DNA of 32,000 nucleotides from Psychrobacter cryohalolentis K5 (GTDB taxonomy: Bacteria > Pseudomonadota > Gammaproteobacteria > Pseudomonadales > Moraxellaceae): contig NC_007969.1 in NCBI RefSeq assembly GCF_000013905.1, positions 240,001 through 272,000 on the forward strand, read 5' to 3'. Made by a program: the position numbers and the translations under genes. The notes below the pieces were generated by a model that searched no databases, had not been told where the DNA came from, and was given only the letters and a program-made list of their open reading frames with translations. Of this stretch, positions 1 to 10,172 are shown in pieces. The stretch's first letter is position 1. Each line of letters begins with the position of its first letter.

Positions 1-1464
1 TCCGCTGAGAGCTTGGGTAATCGTATCATTGATAGTCAGTCTAAGCTGGTCATTACCGCTGATGAAGGTATTCGTGGTAACAAGCGTACGCCACTCAAGG
101 CTAATGTCGATCGCGCGCTAGATATGGATGGCACTGACAGTGTCAGTAATGTCATCGTCGTCCATCGTACAGGCAATTCAGTACCGATGAGTGGTCGCCG
201 TGATATCTGGTATCACAGCTTGGTCGATGGTGAGTCGCAGCACTGCGAACCTGAAGTTATGAATGCAGAAGACCCACTGTTTTTATTATATACCTCTGGT
301 TCAACAGGCAAGCCCAAAGGCGTGTTGCACACCACAGGCGGTTATATCACTTATGCGCTGTCCACGTTTCGTGATGTTTTTGATATCAAAGAGGATGATG
401 TGTATTGGTGTACCGCAGACGTCGGTTGGGTGACAGGTCATACTTATGCCACTTACGCACCGCTTGCTAATGGCACCACGACCGTTATGTTTGAGGGCGT
501 GCCAGAGTATCCGACATGGGCACGCATTGGGCATATCATCGATAAGCACCAAATTACTGTCTTGTATACTGCACCGACCGCTATCCGCGCCATGATGAAA
601 GAGGGCGATACCTTTGTACGTGAATCGGATCGCTCAAGTTTGCGCTTACTTGGGACGGTTGGTGAGCCAATTAATCCTGAAGCATGGGACTGGTACTATC
701 ATGTCGTCGGTGGCAGCAAGTGTCCGGTTGTCGATACTTGGTGGCAGACAGAAACGGGCGGTATTATGCTCGCGCCAATACCGGGGACGGTCGCAATGAA
801 GCCGGGCGCGGCGATGAATCCTCTATATGGTATCGTCCCTGAAGTCATTGATACTGACGGCGTTGCGCTTGAAGGTGCTGCTGAGGGTAATTTGGTAATT
901 AATAGTAGCTGGCCCGGTCAGATGCGTACCATTTATCAAGACCACGCGCGCTTTTTAACGACGTATTTTACCGAATATCCCGGCTATTATTTTACCGGTG
1001 ATGGGGTACAGCGTGATGAAGATGGTCACTATTGGATTACCGGTCGTGTCGACGATGTGCTCAATGTGTCAGGACATAGACTGGGCACAGCAGAAATTGA
1101 AAGCTCGATCGTTGCACACCCAGCGACGGCAGAGGCAGCTGTCGTAGGAATGCCACACGATATACGTGGCATGGGAATTTGCGCCTTTGTTATCTTAAAG
1201 TCGAGTGAGACGGCAACTGAATCACTAAAATCGGAGTTAAACCGCCATGTGCGCTCTGAGATTGGTCCGATTGCCAATCTAGATGCCATCTATATGGTTA
1301 ATGTACTACCTAAAACCCGCTCTGGTAAAATCATGCGCCGTATTTTGCGTAGTCTAGCGGCAGGACAGTATGTTGGATTGGGTGATTTATCTACCCTAGC
1401 TGACAGCTCAGTTATTAACGAGCTGGTCGAAGTGGTTAAAACCGAACGGGCAAAATCACATTGA
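1..1464 (+). CDS. acs: acetyl-CoA synthetase (AMP-forming), C-terminal ~487 aa; the 5' end lies outside the window
   Basis: The frame is open from base 1, so the TTG at 13 is an ORF-caller artefact. AMP-binding signature [22 protein letters not shown]-terminal [11 protein letters not shown] containing the conserved regulatory/catalytic Lys. TGA at 1462-1464. Confidence 0.95.
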   Translation, partial: SAESLGNRIIDSQSKLVITADEGIRGNKRTPLKANVDRALDMDGTDSVSNVIVVHRTGNSVPMSGRRDIWYHSLVDGESQHCEPEVMNAEDPLFLLYTSGSTGKPKGVLHTTGGYITYALSTFRDVFDIKEDDVYWCTADVGWVTGHTYATYAPLANGTTTVMFEGVPEYPTWARIGHIIDKHQITVLYTAPTAIRAMMKEGDTFVRESDRSSLRLLGTVGEPINPEAWDWYYHVVGGSKCPVVDTWWQTETGGIMLAPIPGTVAMKPGAAMNPLYGIVPEVIDTDGVALEGAAEGNLVINSSWPGQMRTIYQDHARFLTTYFTEYPGYYFTGDGVQRDEDGHYWITGRVDDVLNVSGHRLGTAEIESSIVAHPATAEAAVVGMPHDIRGMGICAFVILKSSETATESLKSELNRHVRSEIGPIANLDAIYMVNVLPKTRSGKIMRRILRSLAAGQYVGLGDLSTLADSSVINELVEVVKTERAKSH

Positions 1465-1525
1465 TTGTTCAATATCAATAAAATTTGAATAGGGTCAATG
1501 CTTAAAAATGATTGGAAGCTGAGGT

Positions 1526-1559
1526 AAAAAGCCATGCTATAAAAGTAGCATGGCTTTTT
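1526..1559 (+). terminator. rho-independent terminator after acs (bidirectional shape)
   Basis: 9-bp perfect stem GCCATGCTA (1531-1539) / TAGCATGGC (1546-1554) with a 6-nt loop. A5 run before and T5 run after. Confidence 0.8.
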
Positions 1560-1820
1560 ACCGAGATATCATGGATATAGTCGGTCCTAAATAAAAGAAA
1601 TACAAACATTATAAAGTACTACTGGGGTTAATTTTTCTTGCTTGCTGTGCCTGCGCAGACAGAGGCTGCAAATAATTAACCCTAGTAGTTCTGTACCCTT
1701 TTAAAAATGGATTAACTATATTAGCAGGCTTTAGAGGTTCAATATTTTTTAGAATAACCCCCTTACTTTCACCTGACTACTTACTATTTTGCTAAATATT
1801 TTATAAGGTTTATTGTCATT

Positions 1821-2990
1821 ATGACTGATTCTACTTTGCATACGACTGAACAATCCATACCAAAAATTGCGATTATTGGCGGGGGTTTGACTGGCTTATT
1901 TACGGCTACGTTATTGGAGCGCATTTTTATTGAAGCAAACGGTAAATCAGTATCACCTAAAATTACTATTTTTGAGAAATCCCGTAGCGTTGGTCGTTTA
2001 GCGACACGCTATCGCATGGACAGCGCAACGCATAAAAACTGGCAATGGGCATTTGGCGCGCAGTTTTTTACTGCCAAAAGTGCTGACTTTCAGCAGTTTA
2101 TCAAGCCTTGGATACAGAGCAAATTATTACAGCCGTGGTGTGCCAATGTGGTGGATTTAATACCTTCTGACGATGCCGCTCAGAATGCTGACATACAAGC
2201 CAAGGAGCAATGGAGCAGTACCCAAGCGCGTTATATCAGCACGCCCAAAATGACCAGTTGGGGTCGTGCCTTGGCTGATGAACTAAAGTATACAACTATA
2301 AACTTTAAAACTCGTGTGGCACCATTACACAAAGAAGGTTTTGTAGAACAAAATGAGACTAATAACAAAACTGAGCTGTTTGATGAGAATGGCAACAGCC
2401 TTGGCAGCTATGATTGGGTAATTTGTACAGCGCCCAATGGTCAAGCTGTAGAGCTGATGGCGGATAGCAATTTTAAAGAGCTTGCAAAAATTAGCGAAGC
2501 ACAGATGCAGGCCTGTTATACCTTGATGCTTGGGTGGGATAAAGAGCAGCTTTTACCTCCTGCATTAAACACGTCACCCCCTTTATGGGATGTGGCTTAT
2601 GTGCAGGATTCGGTGCTCGATCGTATCTTTATTGAACATCAAAAACCTGACCATAGCAGTCTATTACCCAGTATCACTATTCACGCTCGCAACGATTGGT
2701 CGGAGCAGCATGTCGATGACGATATAGAAACTGTAAAAGCAACCTTGCTACAAGCAGCAAAGCAAGCGTTGAGTTGGGATGAAAATAGTACGCCAAGCCA
2801 AATCGATTGTCATCGCTGGCGTTATGCTGCAACTCTTAAACAGCTTGATAATACAGAGTTTGGTATTTTAGTTGATGAGCCGCGTCAATGGATTGTCAGT
2901 GGCGACTGGTGTGGACAAGGTAACATCGAAAGCTGCTATCAGATGGCAAAACAAACCGTAGCAAAAATCTGCGCTGACCAAATCAGTTAA
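1821..2990 (+). CDS. NAD(P)/FAD-dependent oxidoreductase (renalase-like / COG3380-type)
   Basis: N-terminal Rossmann dinucleotide motif KIAIIGGGLTGLFTA followed by FEKSRSVGGR-like FEKSRSVGRLATR. 389 aa, and the overall layout resembles amine-oxidase-like flavoproteins. Confidence 0.7.
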   Translation: MTDSTLHTTEQSIPKIAIIGGGLTGLFTATLLERIFIEANGKSVSPKITIFEKSRSVGRLATRYRMDSATHKNWQWAFGAQFFTAKSADFQQFIKPWIQSKLLQPWCANVVDLIPSDDAAQNADIQAKEQWSSTQARYISTPKMTSWGRALADELKYTTINFKTRVAPLHKEGFVEQNETNNKTELFDENGNSLGSYDWVICTAPNGQAVELMADSNFKELAKISEAQMQACYTLMLGWDKEQLLPPALNTSPPLWDVAYVQDSVLDRIFIEHQKPDHSSLLPSITIHARNDWSEQHVDDDIETVKATLLQAAKQALSWDENSTPSQIDCHRWRYAATLKQLDNTEFGILVDEPRQWIVSGDWCGQGNIESCYQMAKQTVAKICADQIS

Positions 2991-3088
2991 AAACGATGAC
3001 TGAAAGTGTGTTTTTTAAAACGGTAAACAAGCTCATAACCAACACTAAAAATTAAAACGTTTATCGTTATAAGAGGAGGTAGAACGCT

Positions 3089-3520
3089 ATGTCTGGATTT
3101 GATATCGATATGGAGCTGATGCAATTTCATTTTTTTCAATTAGGAATTGCCTTTATTCTTTCCTTACCGATTGCACTCAACCGCGAGATGAAAGACAACG
3201 GCGCAGGGCTTAGAACCTTTCCTTTAGTGACCATTGCTTCCTGTGCTTTTATGCTCGTTGGTATGGATATTTATGATGCGACTGGTGAGGCGAGAATCAT
3301 GTATGCCATCATCACCGGCATGGGTTTTATCGGTGGCGGTGCGATATTTAAAAATGAACAAGGATCAAAAGGCACAGCAACGGCAGCAAGCCTTTGGAAT
3401 ACCGGCGCTATCGGTATTTCAGTAGCTTATGGGCGTTATGAAATTGCGATTATCTTGTCTGTGGTTGGTTTTTTGATCTTGCAATTCTCTGAGCCGTTTA
3501 AGTCAAAAGAAAAGCTGTAG
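3089..3520 (+). CDS. MgtC/SapB family membrane protein
   Basis: 143 aa with 4-5 hydrophobic helices. Characteristic stretches NREMKDNGAGLRTFPLV, GMGFIGGGAIFK and GTATAASLWNTGAIGISVAYG. GAGGAGG Shine-Dalgarno a few nt upstream of the ATG. Confidence 0.85.
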   Translation: MSGFDIDMELMQFHFFQLGIAFILSLPIALNREMKDNGAGLRTFPLVTIASCAFMLVGMDIYDATGEARIMYAIITGMGFIGGGAIFKNEQGSKGTATAASLWNTGAIGISVAYGRYEIAIILSVVGFLILQFSEPFKSKEKL

Positions 3521-3589
3521 AAACCAATAAAAATACTGCGAGGCGATGTATAAAGGACACCCAGCGAATAAAACGACTAAATAGCAGAC

Positions 3590-3620
3590 AAAAAAAGAGC
3601 CCACGGAGGAGATACCGTGG
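3590..3620 (-). terminator. possible minus-strand intrinsic terminator with no annotated gene upstream of it
   Basis: Stem CCACGG (3601-3606) / CCGTGG (3615-3620) with an 8-nt loop. An A7 run at 3590-3596 gives a T7 run on the minus strand, 4 nt after the stem. There is no T run on the + strand. Confidence 0.35.
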
Positions 3621-4111
3621 ACTGAGGAAAACTTATTATGCGATCAAATGAAAAATCATGAGCCACAAATAAATTGATACAAATTTATTATTACTAGGGG
3701 TTGTTCTTATTATTTATATTTGGTTGAAAAGAGACAGTTCAAGAGACTCTTACATCTGCTTACAATTTTTAGTGTACAAGTGTATCGATATCATCGGCTC
3801 ATGATAACCGACATTCAGCTATTTTCCTAAGCTTGCTTACATGTTATTACGTTTTAGACGGTGTATGTATGGATATATCTAGGCATTCAACAGTATTGAG
3901 GTGTTTTTGCAAAAAATAGCGATAAAGAATAGTGATAAAAAACAGATATCACTCATTAAAGTGGCTAAATACGCCACATCTAGGATAAAAATTGCTCGAT
4001 TAGAAAAATATACGCTTGGCATAAACGATACCTACATAGAGGGCATGACGACTTGGCTGAAAAATGCTAAGCTATCCGTCATTATTAGGTCAATATTAAA
4101 CTGGGTTTGCC

Positions 4112-4792
4112 ATGACTGAGAGCACGCATTTGCATCCGCAGGAGCCGTCAAGTACGCAGAATAACAAAAGTATTTTTAATTTGCCCAATAACCTGACGAT
4201 TGCGCGTATCTTGATGATTCCGCTATTTGTTGCGATTGCCTATTGGCCACCTGCTATGGGGATCGGCATGCCCGCAATCTCTGATAACGTGATTGCAAAG
4301 GTTGGTATGAGTGACTTTAGCGACAGTCTATTGCGTCACTTGTTATTAACAGGCGTTTTTATCCTAGCAGCCATTACCGATTGGCTTGATGGCTATTTTG
4401 CCCGTAAGCTCAATGTGGTATCAGCCTTTGGTCGATTTTTAGACCCAGTCGCTGATAAGCTGATGGTAGCAGCCGCGCTTATTATCTTAGTGCAATGGCA
4501 TCCCAATATCATCATGGCGATAGCAGCAATTGTGATTATCTCGCGTGAAATCGCCGTATCGGCATTGCGTGAATGGATGGCAGAACTGGGTAAAAGTACC
4601 AGTGTGGCGGTGTCTTATGTAGGTAAGCTCAAAACCACCTTTCAGATGATAGCGATTACGGTGCTTTTGTTAAATTGGGAATCGCTTGAAACCATCGGCT
4701 ATGTATTGATGGTAGCGGCAGTGATTTTGACCTTATGGTCGATGATGATTTATCTTAAAGCTGCGTGGCCGTATTTAAAACAAAGTGGGTAA
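4112..4792 (+). CDS. pgsA: CDP-diacylglycerol--glycerol-3-phosphate 3-phosphatidyltransferase
   Basis: CDP-alcohol phosphatidyltransferase motif DWLDGYFARKLNVVSAFGRFLDPVADK. N-terminal NLPNNLTIARILMIPLF matches the PgsA start region. Multiple TM helices. Confidence 0.9.
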   Translation: MTESTHLHPQEPSSTQNNKSIFNLPNNLTIARILMIPLFVAIAYWPPAMGIGMPAISDNVIAKVGMSDFSDSLLRHLLLTGVFILAAITDWLDGYFARKLNVVSAFGRFLDPVADKLMVAAALIILVQWHPNIIMAIAAIVIISREIAVSALREWMAELGKSTSVAVSYVGKLKTTFQMIAITVLLLNWESLETIGYVLMVAAVILTLWSMMIYLKAAWPYLKQSG

Positions 4793-4858
4793 AAGGTAGC
4801 TAAGTAGATAGCGGTTAAATCTTATACTTTTATTCTAAAACTATAAAGCCCAGTCAAC

Positions 4859-4894
4859 AAAAAACGCCAGTCGCATCAGCCACTGGCGTTTTTT
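4859..4894. terminator. bidirectional rho-independent terminator between convergent pgsA and the PNPOx-like gene
   Basis: Stem ACGCCAGT (4864-4871) / ACTGGCGT (4882-4889), flanked by an A6 run and a T6 run. Confidence 0.8.
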
Positions 4895-4939
4895 ATGATA
4901 AAAATTTTGTTTTTATCTACTTGATAGTTTAATAATAAA

Positions 4940-5434
4940 TTATAAAGAAACGGAAAAGGTCTCGCCCATATCTTCAGCAGTTTTGCCGTCTTGTACGGCT
5001 GCCGCTGCCATCTTAAACATATTCACCACTGTACTACCGCTAAGCCAGCATTCTGCACCATGAGGAACTACTTTAATCAATTGTACGTTTTCATCTTCTT
5101 TACCATGCTCAAAAAAGGCATTGTAAACTGGCGACCAAAGCTCGTCCAATTTGGCTTTGTCTGTCGGTAATTCAGCGTTAGCACTGATAGAAACAAAATT
5201 CTTTTCATCTTGAGTGGCATAAGTCAGCCCGATTCTTGCATCATCCTGAATATCTTTGACGACATCTGATTTTTTATCGCCGATAAACCAGATCTCTTTA
5301 TTATCAAGGTTGACTTCACTTGTGGTCATTGGCCACGCATGAATATCGCCTTTTTTATTGCTGGTACTCATCATGGCAAATTTCACGTCTTTGATGACGG
5401 CTTGGATTTTATCGAGATGCTCTTGGTTACTCAT
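4940..5434 (-). CDS. pyridoxamine 5'-phosphate oxidase-like / general stress protein 26 family protein
   Basis: 164 aa. The N-terminal pattern KFAMMSTSNKKGDIHAWPMT ... IWFIGDKKSDVVKDI is typical of COG3871 (YzzA/Gsp26-like split-barrel proteins). Confidence 0.7.
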   Translation of the reverse strand: MSNQEHLDKIQAVIKDVKFAMMSTSNKKGDIHAWPMTTSEVNLDNKEIWFIGDKKSDVVKDIQDDARIGLTYATQDEKNFVSISANAELPTDKAKLDELWSPVYNAFFEHGKEDENVQLIKVVPHGAECWLSGSTVVNMFKMAAAAVQDGKTAEDMGETFSVSL

Positions 5435-5855
5435 GGTGGATATCCTTTTTCATTATTGTAAATAAATTATGAATTTATAGTTGTTAGGGAAATAATTATT
5501 AACAGGTTAGTGTAGACAAACCGTTTATTTCATAAAAGCTGGCTTTATAAAAACTGGCTGGTCAAGAACTGCTATCTAGAATAGCGATTTCTGCTGGGCT
5601 ATTTATATAGGTTGCCCGTAAGGCGATGTGAGGGTTTGTAAGGATTATAAGCTTTAGGTAAAAATTGTGACGCTGTGCCGTCAGCCTTGCTGTTTTGATA
5701 GCAAATCGTCAGTATTTGCTCGATGCTTTAGCATAATATTACCGAAGCAATTGGCAATTTATCTTGGTTTTGTCCTGCTTATTACAGGGCTTCTTGTTAT
5801 AATACGCGAACCATTTACTTAGCATGGCAGAGATGCCTGTTATTGCCTATATCCT

Positions 5856-8800
5856 ATGGAATATGCCTTTATGATGACCATCGCCGGACAACCGTTTCTT
5901 ACCGATTTTCAGACGCAGCAACTCATCAGTCAGTTTCAGCAAAAAACCGAGCTAAATGTCAGCCAAATTCATACCCAGCAAGTGTATGTGTTATCACGAG
6001 AACTCGAAGGTGATGAGCATAAAAAAGCGCTAGACTTACTTGCTGTCGACAGTGGCACTGTCCTTGAAGCCCCAAATAGCAATCAACTACAAGTTATCGT
6101 TGGTCCACGTTTTGGTACGATATCGCCATGGGCAAGTAAAGCGACCGATATTTTTAATAACTGTGAAATTGCCATTAATCGTGTTGAGCGTGTCATTGTT
6201 TATACGCTAACCGTCGATGGAAAAGCAGACGGCGAAGTGAATGCAACGCTACCTAAAGCCGCTGAGCAACTATTATTTGACCGTATGACGCAAAGCTTGG
6301 TCTATGATTTAAATGACGTAAATAAACTGTTTGACGATGAAAAGCCGGCATCACTGAATCATATCGATGTGATTGGACAAGGTCAGTCGGCGCTAGAATC
6401 AGCTAATAAAGAATTTGGCTTTGCGTTATCGAGTGAAGATATCGATTATCTGATGAATGCCTATGTTAATGAGCTCAAGCGTAATCCAACGGACGTTGAG
6501 CTGATGATGTTTGCACAGGCAAACTCAGAGCATTGCCGTCATAAAATCTTTAACGCTGAATGGACGGTAGATGGTGCAGTTCAGCCAAAGTCACTGTTCC
6601 AAATGATTAAGAATACTTATAAAGCCAATCCGCAAGGCATCTTATCGGCTTATAAAGATAACGCGGCAGTGATGGCAGGCTCTAAAGGGATGCGTTTTTA
6701 CCCGATTCCTGTTTCTAATACTGATAATGCCGCTGACGCCAACTCTGCTCATATTTACGATTTCCATCAAGAAGAAATCGATATCTTAATGAAGGTCGAA
6801 ACTCATAACCATCCAACGGCTATTGCCCCGTATGCGGGTGCAGCGACAGGTGCGGGCGGTGAGATTCGTGACGAAGGTGCAACTGGTCGTGGCGGTAAGC
6901 CAAAAGCCGGTTTAACTGGCTTCCATGTGTCGCATCTTCACATTCCAGAGCTTGCAGAAAAATGGGAGCAGTCAGGTCAATTAAGTACACAGGATTATGG
7001 TACGCCAGATCGTATGGCAACCAGTCTTGAGATTATGACCGAAGCACCATTAGGCTCAGCTAATTTCTCTAACGAATTTGGTCGTCCAAATTTATGCGGT
7101 TATTTCCGTAGTTTCCAATTGGATACTTCAGCGGCAAAAGATGGCAGCCAAATGCGCGGCTATCATAAGCCAATCATGCTTGCCGGTGGTTACGGCAATA
7201 TCAAACGCAACCTCATTGAAAAAAATGCCATTCAACAAGGTGATTTATTAATCGTCCTTGGTGGTCCTGCGATGCAAATCGGTTTAGGCGGCGGTGCGGC
7301 ATCTTCTGTCGATAGTGGTTCACTCGATGAAGGCTTGGACTTTGCTTCTGTACAGCGTGATAACGCTGAGATGGAGCGTCGCTGTCAAGAAGTGATGGAT
7401 CGCTGCTGGGCGCTAGCTGGTAATGACGTTGATGCAAGCAATAATGGTAAAGATGGCAACCCAATCGTCTCATTGCATGATGTCGGTGCAGGTGGTCTGT
7501 CTAATGCGATGCCAGAATTGGTCAATGACCATGAAATGGGCGCGGTGCTAAATCTACGTAAAATTCCGTCGCTAGAAGCTGGCATGTCGCCAATGGCTAT
7601 CTGGTCAAACGAAGCGCAAGAGCGTTATGTGCTAGCGATTCGCCCTGAGAGCAAGGATCAATTCGATGCCATCTGTGCTCGTGAGCGCTGCCCGTATGCC
7701 ATCTTAGGTGAAGCCACTGAAGTACGTCAGCTTGTTGTGAATGATGAATTGCTCCCTGAGCAACCAGTCGATATGCCGATGCAAGTATTGCTTGGCGGTA
7801 CACCACAGATGAAGCGTAGTTTTGAGCGTCAAGAAATTATCTTACCAGCTTTAGAGTTAGGCGACGTCAATTTAGCTGAATCAATCAAAGATGTGCTACG
7901 TCATCCGACCGTTGCTAGCAAATCATTCCTCATTAGCATTGGTGACCGCTCTATTACGGGTATGGTCGTCCGTGATCAGTATGTGGGTCGCTACCAAGTT
8001 CCGGTTGCTGATTGCGCCGTTACAGCATCAGGCTTGGTTGCCCTAGATGGTCAGGCAATGAGCGGTGAAGCGATGAGTGTGGGTGAACGTACGCCAGTAG
8101 CTTTGATTAATCCAAAAGCCTCAGCACGCCTTGCCGTTGGTGAAGCGATTACTAACATCGCTGGCGCACGTATTGCTCAGTTATCTGATATCACGATGTC
8201 GGCAAACTGGATGGCAGCATGTGGCGAAGACGTAGAAGACGCGGCATTATTTGATGCCGTACATACTGTTGGCGAAGAATTATGTCCAGCACTTGGTATT
8301 GCTATCCCCGTTGGTAAAGACTCACTATCGATGCGCGCCAACTGGACGGACGAAGACGAGAACGGCAGCACGGATAAATCAGTCGTTTCACCAATGAGCT
8401 TGGTTATTACTGCTTTTGCACCTGTTGTTGATGTGGCAAAAACCTTAACACCTGAGCTAATCAATGGTGATAGCGCGTTTTATCGTATTGATTTATCTAA
8501 AGGTCAATTGCGTCTAGGCGGTTCAATCCTTGCACAAACGCTCAGCCAATTAGGTAATGACTGCCCAGATTTAGCGCAACCAAGCGACTTGGTCGACTTC
8601 TTTAACTTCATCCAAGCGGGTAATGCCCAAGGCGTCATTAGCGCTTATCACGATATCGGTGATGGTGGTTTGCTGGCGACGATTGCAGAGATGCAATTTA
8701 CCAGCCGACAAGGTATCAAGCTGTCATTGGACGATAAAAACCTACTCGGTCAATTATTCAGTGAAGAGCTGGGCGCGGTCATTCAAGTCTTACCAGAAAA

Positions 8801-9893
8801 CGTCGCTGCTCTCATGCAATTGGCAGAAGAATTTAACGTCAGCGAAATGATGAGCCTCGTCGGTCAAAGCTCAGAAGAAGACAGCTTAATCATTCAAACG
8901 CCTTTGCACATGGCTGATAGCACTCTACGCTTTGAGCGTTCTGAGCTACAACAAGAATGGAGTCAGGTCAGCTATCAGATCGCCCGTCGTCGTGACAACC
9001 CAGCGTGTGTACAGCAAGAATATGACTTGATTAGCGATGCTAGCCATAAAGGTCTTATCGCCGCACCAAACTTTGACCTCAATCAAAAGGTTGAAGAGCC
9101 GTACTTAAACAGCCGTGACACTAAACCAAGAGTCGCCATCCTGCGTGAGCAAGGCGTCAACGGTCAGACCGAAATGGCGGCAGGCTTTACCCAAGCTGGC
9201 TTTGAAGCGGTCGACGTCCACATGAGCGACCTGCTAGAAGGTCGCATTAATCTGCGTGACTTTGACGGTCTGGTCGCTTGTGGTGGCTTTAGTTACGGTG
9301 ACGTACTCGGCGCAGGCTCGGGCTGGGCAAACTCTATCTTGTTCCATGACGAATTGCGCATGCAGTTTGTGCGCTTCTTTGCCCGTCCAGATACCTTCTC
9401 ACTCGGTGTCTGTAACGGTTGTCAGATGATGGCCCAGTTAAAAGACCTCATCCCAGGCGCGGAAAACTTCCCACGCTTTATCGCCAATAAGTCGGCTCGT
9501 TTTGAAGCGCGTACGGTTAACGTCAAAGTTGAGCGTACCAAGTCTATCTTGTTCAAAGGTATGCAAGACAGTATCTTACCAATCGCTGTCGCGCACGGTG
9601 AAGGCTATGCCACGCTGGACAATACCGAGATCGACGGTATGGCAAAACACGGTCAGCTCGCCATGCGCTTCGTCGATAGCCAAGGTCATCCAACCGAGAC
9701 TTATCCGCTCAATCCAAACGGTTCGCTCGGCGGTGTCACGGGTCTATGTAGCACCGACGGTCGCGTCACCATCATGATGCCGCACCCTGAGCGTACGCTA
9801 CGTGCCTACAATCATAGCTGGAAGCCAGAAGAGTGGGACGAGGACGGCGCGTGGATGCGTATGTTCCGTAACGCTCGCGCTTGGTTGCGTTAA
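5856..9893 (+). CDS. purL: phosphoribosylformylglycinamidine synthase (single-chain large PurL)
   Basis: 1345 aa. VETHNHPTAIAPYAGAATGAGGEIRDE FGAM-synthase core. C-terminal glutaminase domain with GVCNGCQMM (nucleophile Cys) and MMPHPER. An alternative start at 5871 (MMTIAG..) aligns better with the enterobacterial MMEIL N-terminus. Confidence 0.95.
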   Translation: MEYAFMMTIAGQPFLTDFQTQQLISQFQQKTELNVSQIHTQQVYVLSRELEGDEHKKALDLLAVDSGTVLEAPNSNQLQVIVGPRFGTISPWASKATDIFNNCEIAINRVERVIVYTLTVDGKADGEVNATLPKAAEQLLFDRMTQSLVYDLNDVNKLFDDEKPASLNHIDVIGQGQSALESANKEFGFALSSEDIDYLMNAYVNELKRNPTDVELMMFAQANSEHCRHKIFNAEWTVDGAVQPKSLFQMIKNTYKANPQGILSAYKDNAAVMAGSKGMRFYPIPVSNTDNAADANSAHIYDFHQEEIDILMKVETHNHPTAIAPYAGAATGAGGEIRDEGATGRGGKPKAGLTGFHVSHLHIPELAEKWEQSGQLSTQDYGTPDRMATSLEIMTEAPLGSANFSNEFGRPNLCGYFRSFQLDTSAAKDGSQMRGYHKPIMLAGGYGNIKRNLIEKNAIQQGDLLIVLGGPAMQIGLGGGAASSVDSGSLDEGLDFASVQRDNAEMERRCQEVMDRCWALAGNDVDASNNGKDGNPIVSLHDVGAGGLSNAMPELVNDHEMGAVLNLRKIPSLEAGMSPMAIWSNEAQERYVLAIRPESKDQFDAICARERCPYAILGEATEVRQLVVNDELLPEQPVDMPMQVLLGGTPQMKRSFERQEIILPALELGDVNLAESIKDVLRHPTVASKSFLISIGDRSITGMVVRDQYVGRYQVPVADCAVTASGLVALDGQAMSGEAMSVGERTPVALINPKASARLAVGEAITNIAGARIAQLSDITMSANWMAACGEDVEDAALFDAVHTVGEELCPALGIAIPVGKDSLSMRANWTDEDENGSTDKSVVSPMSLVITAFAPVVDVAKTLTPELINGDSAFYRIDLSKGQLRLGGSILAQTLSQLGNDCPDLAQPSDLVDFFNFIQAGNAQGVISAYHDIGDGGLLATIAEMQFTSRQGIKLSLDDKNLLGQLFSEELGAVIQVLPENVAALMQLAEEFNVSEMMSLVGQSSEEDSLIIQTPLHMADSTLRFERSELQQEWSQVSYQIARRRDNPACVQQEYDLISDASHKGLIAAPNFDLNQKVEEPYLNSRDTKPRVAILREQGVNGQTEMAAGFTQAGFEAVDVHMSDLLEGRINLRDFDGLVACGGFSYGDVLGAGSGWANSILFHDELRMQFVRFFARPDTFSLGVCNGCQMMAQLKDLIPGAENFPRFIANKSARFEARTVNVKVERTKSILFKGMQDSILPIAVAHGEGYATLDNTEIDGMAKHGQLAMRFVDSQGHPTETYPLNPNGSLGGVTGLCSTDGRVTIMMPHPERTLRAYNHSWKPEEWDEDGAWMRMFRNARAWLR

Positions 9894-9932
9894 GATATAG
9901 GTTAAGCTGTTTTAAATCATTGTTTTAAACAT

Positions 9933-9963
9933 AAAAAAAGGTGGGCTTCGGCTCACCTTTTTT
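9933..9963. terminator. bidirectional rho-independent terminator (purL on +; probably also the convergent islet operon on -)
   Basis: 8-bp stem AGGTGGGC / GCTCACCT (one G-U pair) closed by a UUCG tetraloop (9947-9950). A7 run before and T6 run after. Confidence 0.85.
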
Positions 9964-9992
9964 GTATTTGGGGTTTGGGTTTTTAAGAAGTA

Positions 9993-10150
9993 GGGGAGCT
10001 AATCCCGCCTTACGCTTGTATCTGCCAGTCTGGGCGAGGCGGTGACACAAGTTGAGATGTTGCTGTTGCCTCGACACCACCTCAATCTCTAGCCACCGCA
10101 ACTCGCCCAAACCAGCAGGATACCGCTACAGTCGGGGCTAAACCGCGCCT
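9993..10150. other. GC-rich structured non-coding element (long imperfect hairpin flanked by imperfect direct repeats)
   Basis: Outer stem TGGGCGAGGCGGTG (10031-10044) pairs with CACCGCAACTCGCCCA (10094-10109) as 8 bp + 2-nt bulge + 6 bp. Inner stem is 10051-10062 / 10075-10086 (9 WC + 1 GU of 12). Flanking repeats are GGGGAGCTAATCCCGCCT (9993-10010) and GGGGCTAAACCGCGCCT (10134-10150). Confidence 0.35.
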
Positions 10151-10172
10151 ACCATTTAACTCAAATGCACTA

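Noticed and set aside
1625-1682. 9-bp inverted repeat GGGTTAATT / AATTAACCC with a 40-nt spacer downstream of the acs terminator
   Set aside because: With free spacer length, several such matches are expected by chance in a window this size. There is no adjacent functional context.
3901-4119. 72-aa ORF just upstream of and overlapping the pgsA start
   Set aside because: It has a non-ATG start, no SD, and a K/I-rich composition that reflects AT-rich intergenic DNA. It overlaps the pgsA ATG out of frame.
6820-8464. Series of 66-95-aa minus-strand ORFs and short + strand alternative-frame ORFs inside purL
   Set aside because: All are nested in a confidently identified 1345-aa gene. Their H/R/S/L-rich translations carry no motifs and look like frame artefacts.
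9925-10110. 61-aa minus-strand ORF across the purL terminator and the GC-rich element
   Set aside because: It reads straight through a strong terminator hairpin and has no SD. I interpret the region as non-coding structured DNA instead.
9966-10172. Looked for a tRNA/tmRNA 3' fragment or integrase remnant as the islet attachment site
   Set aside because: There is no GGTTCGAATCC-type T-arm or CCA end, and no ORF with recombinase motifs. Only the weak direct repeat reported under findings remains.
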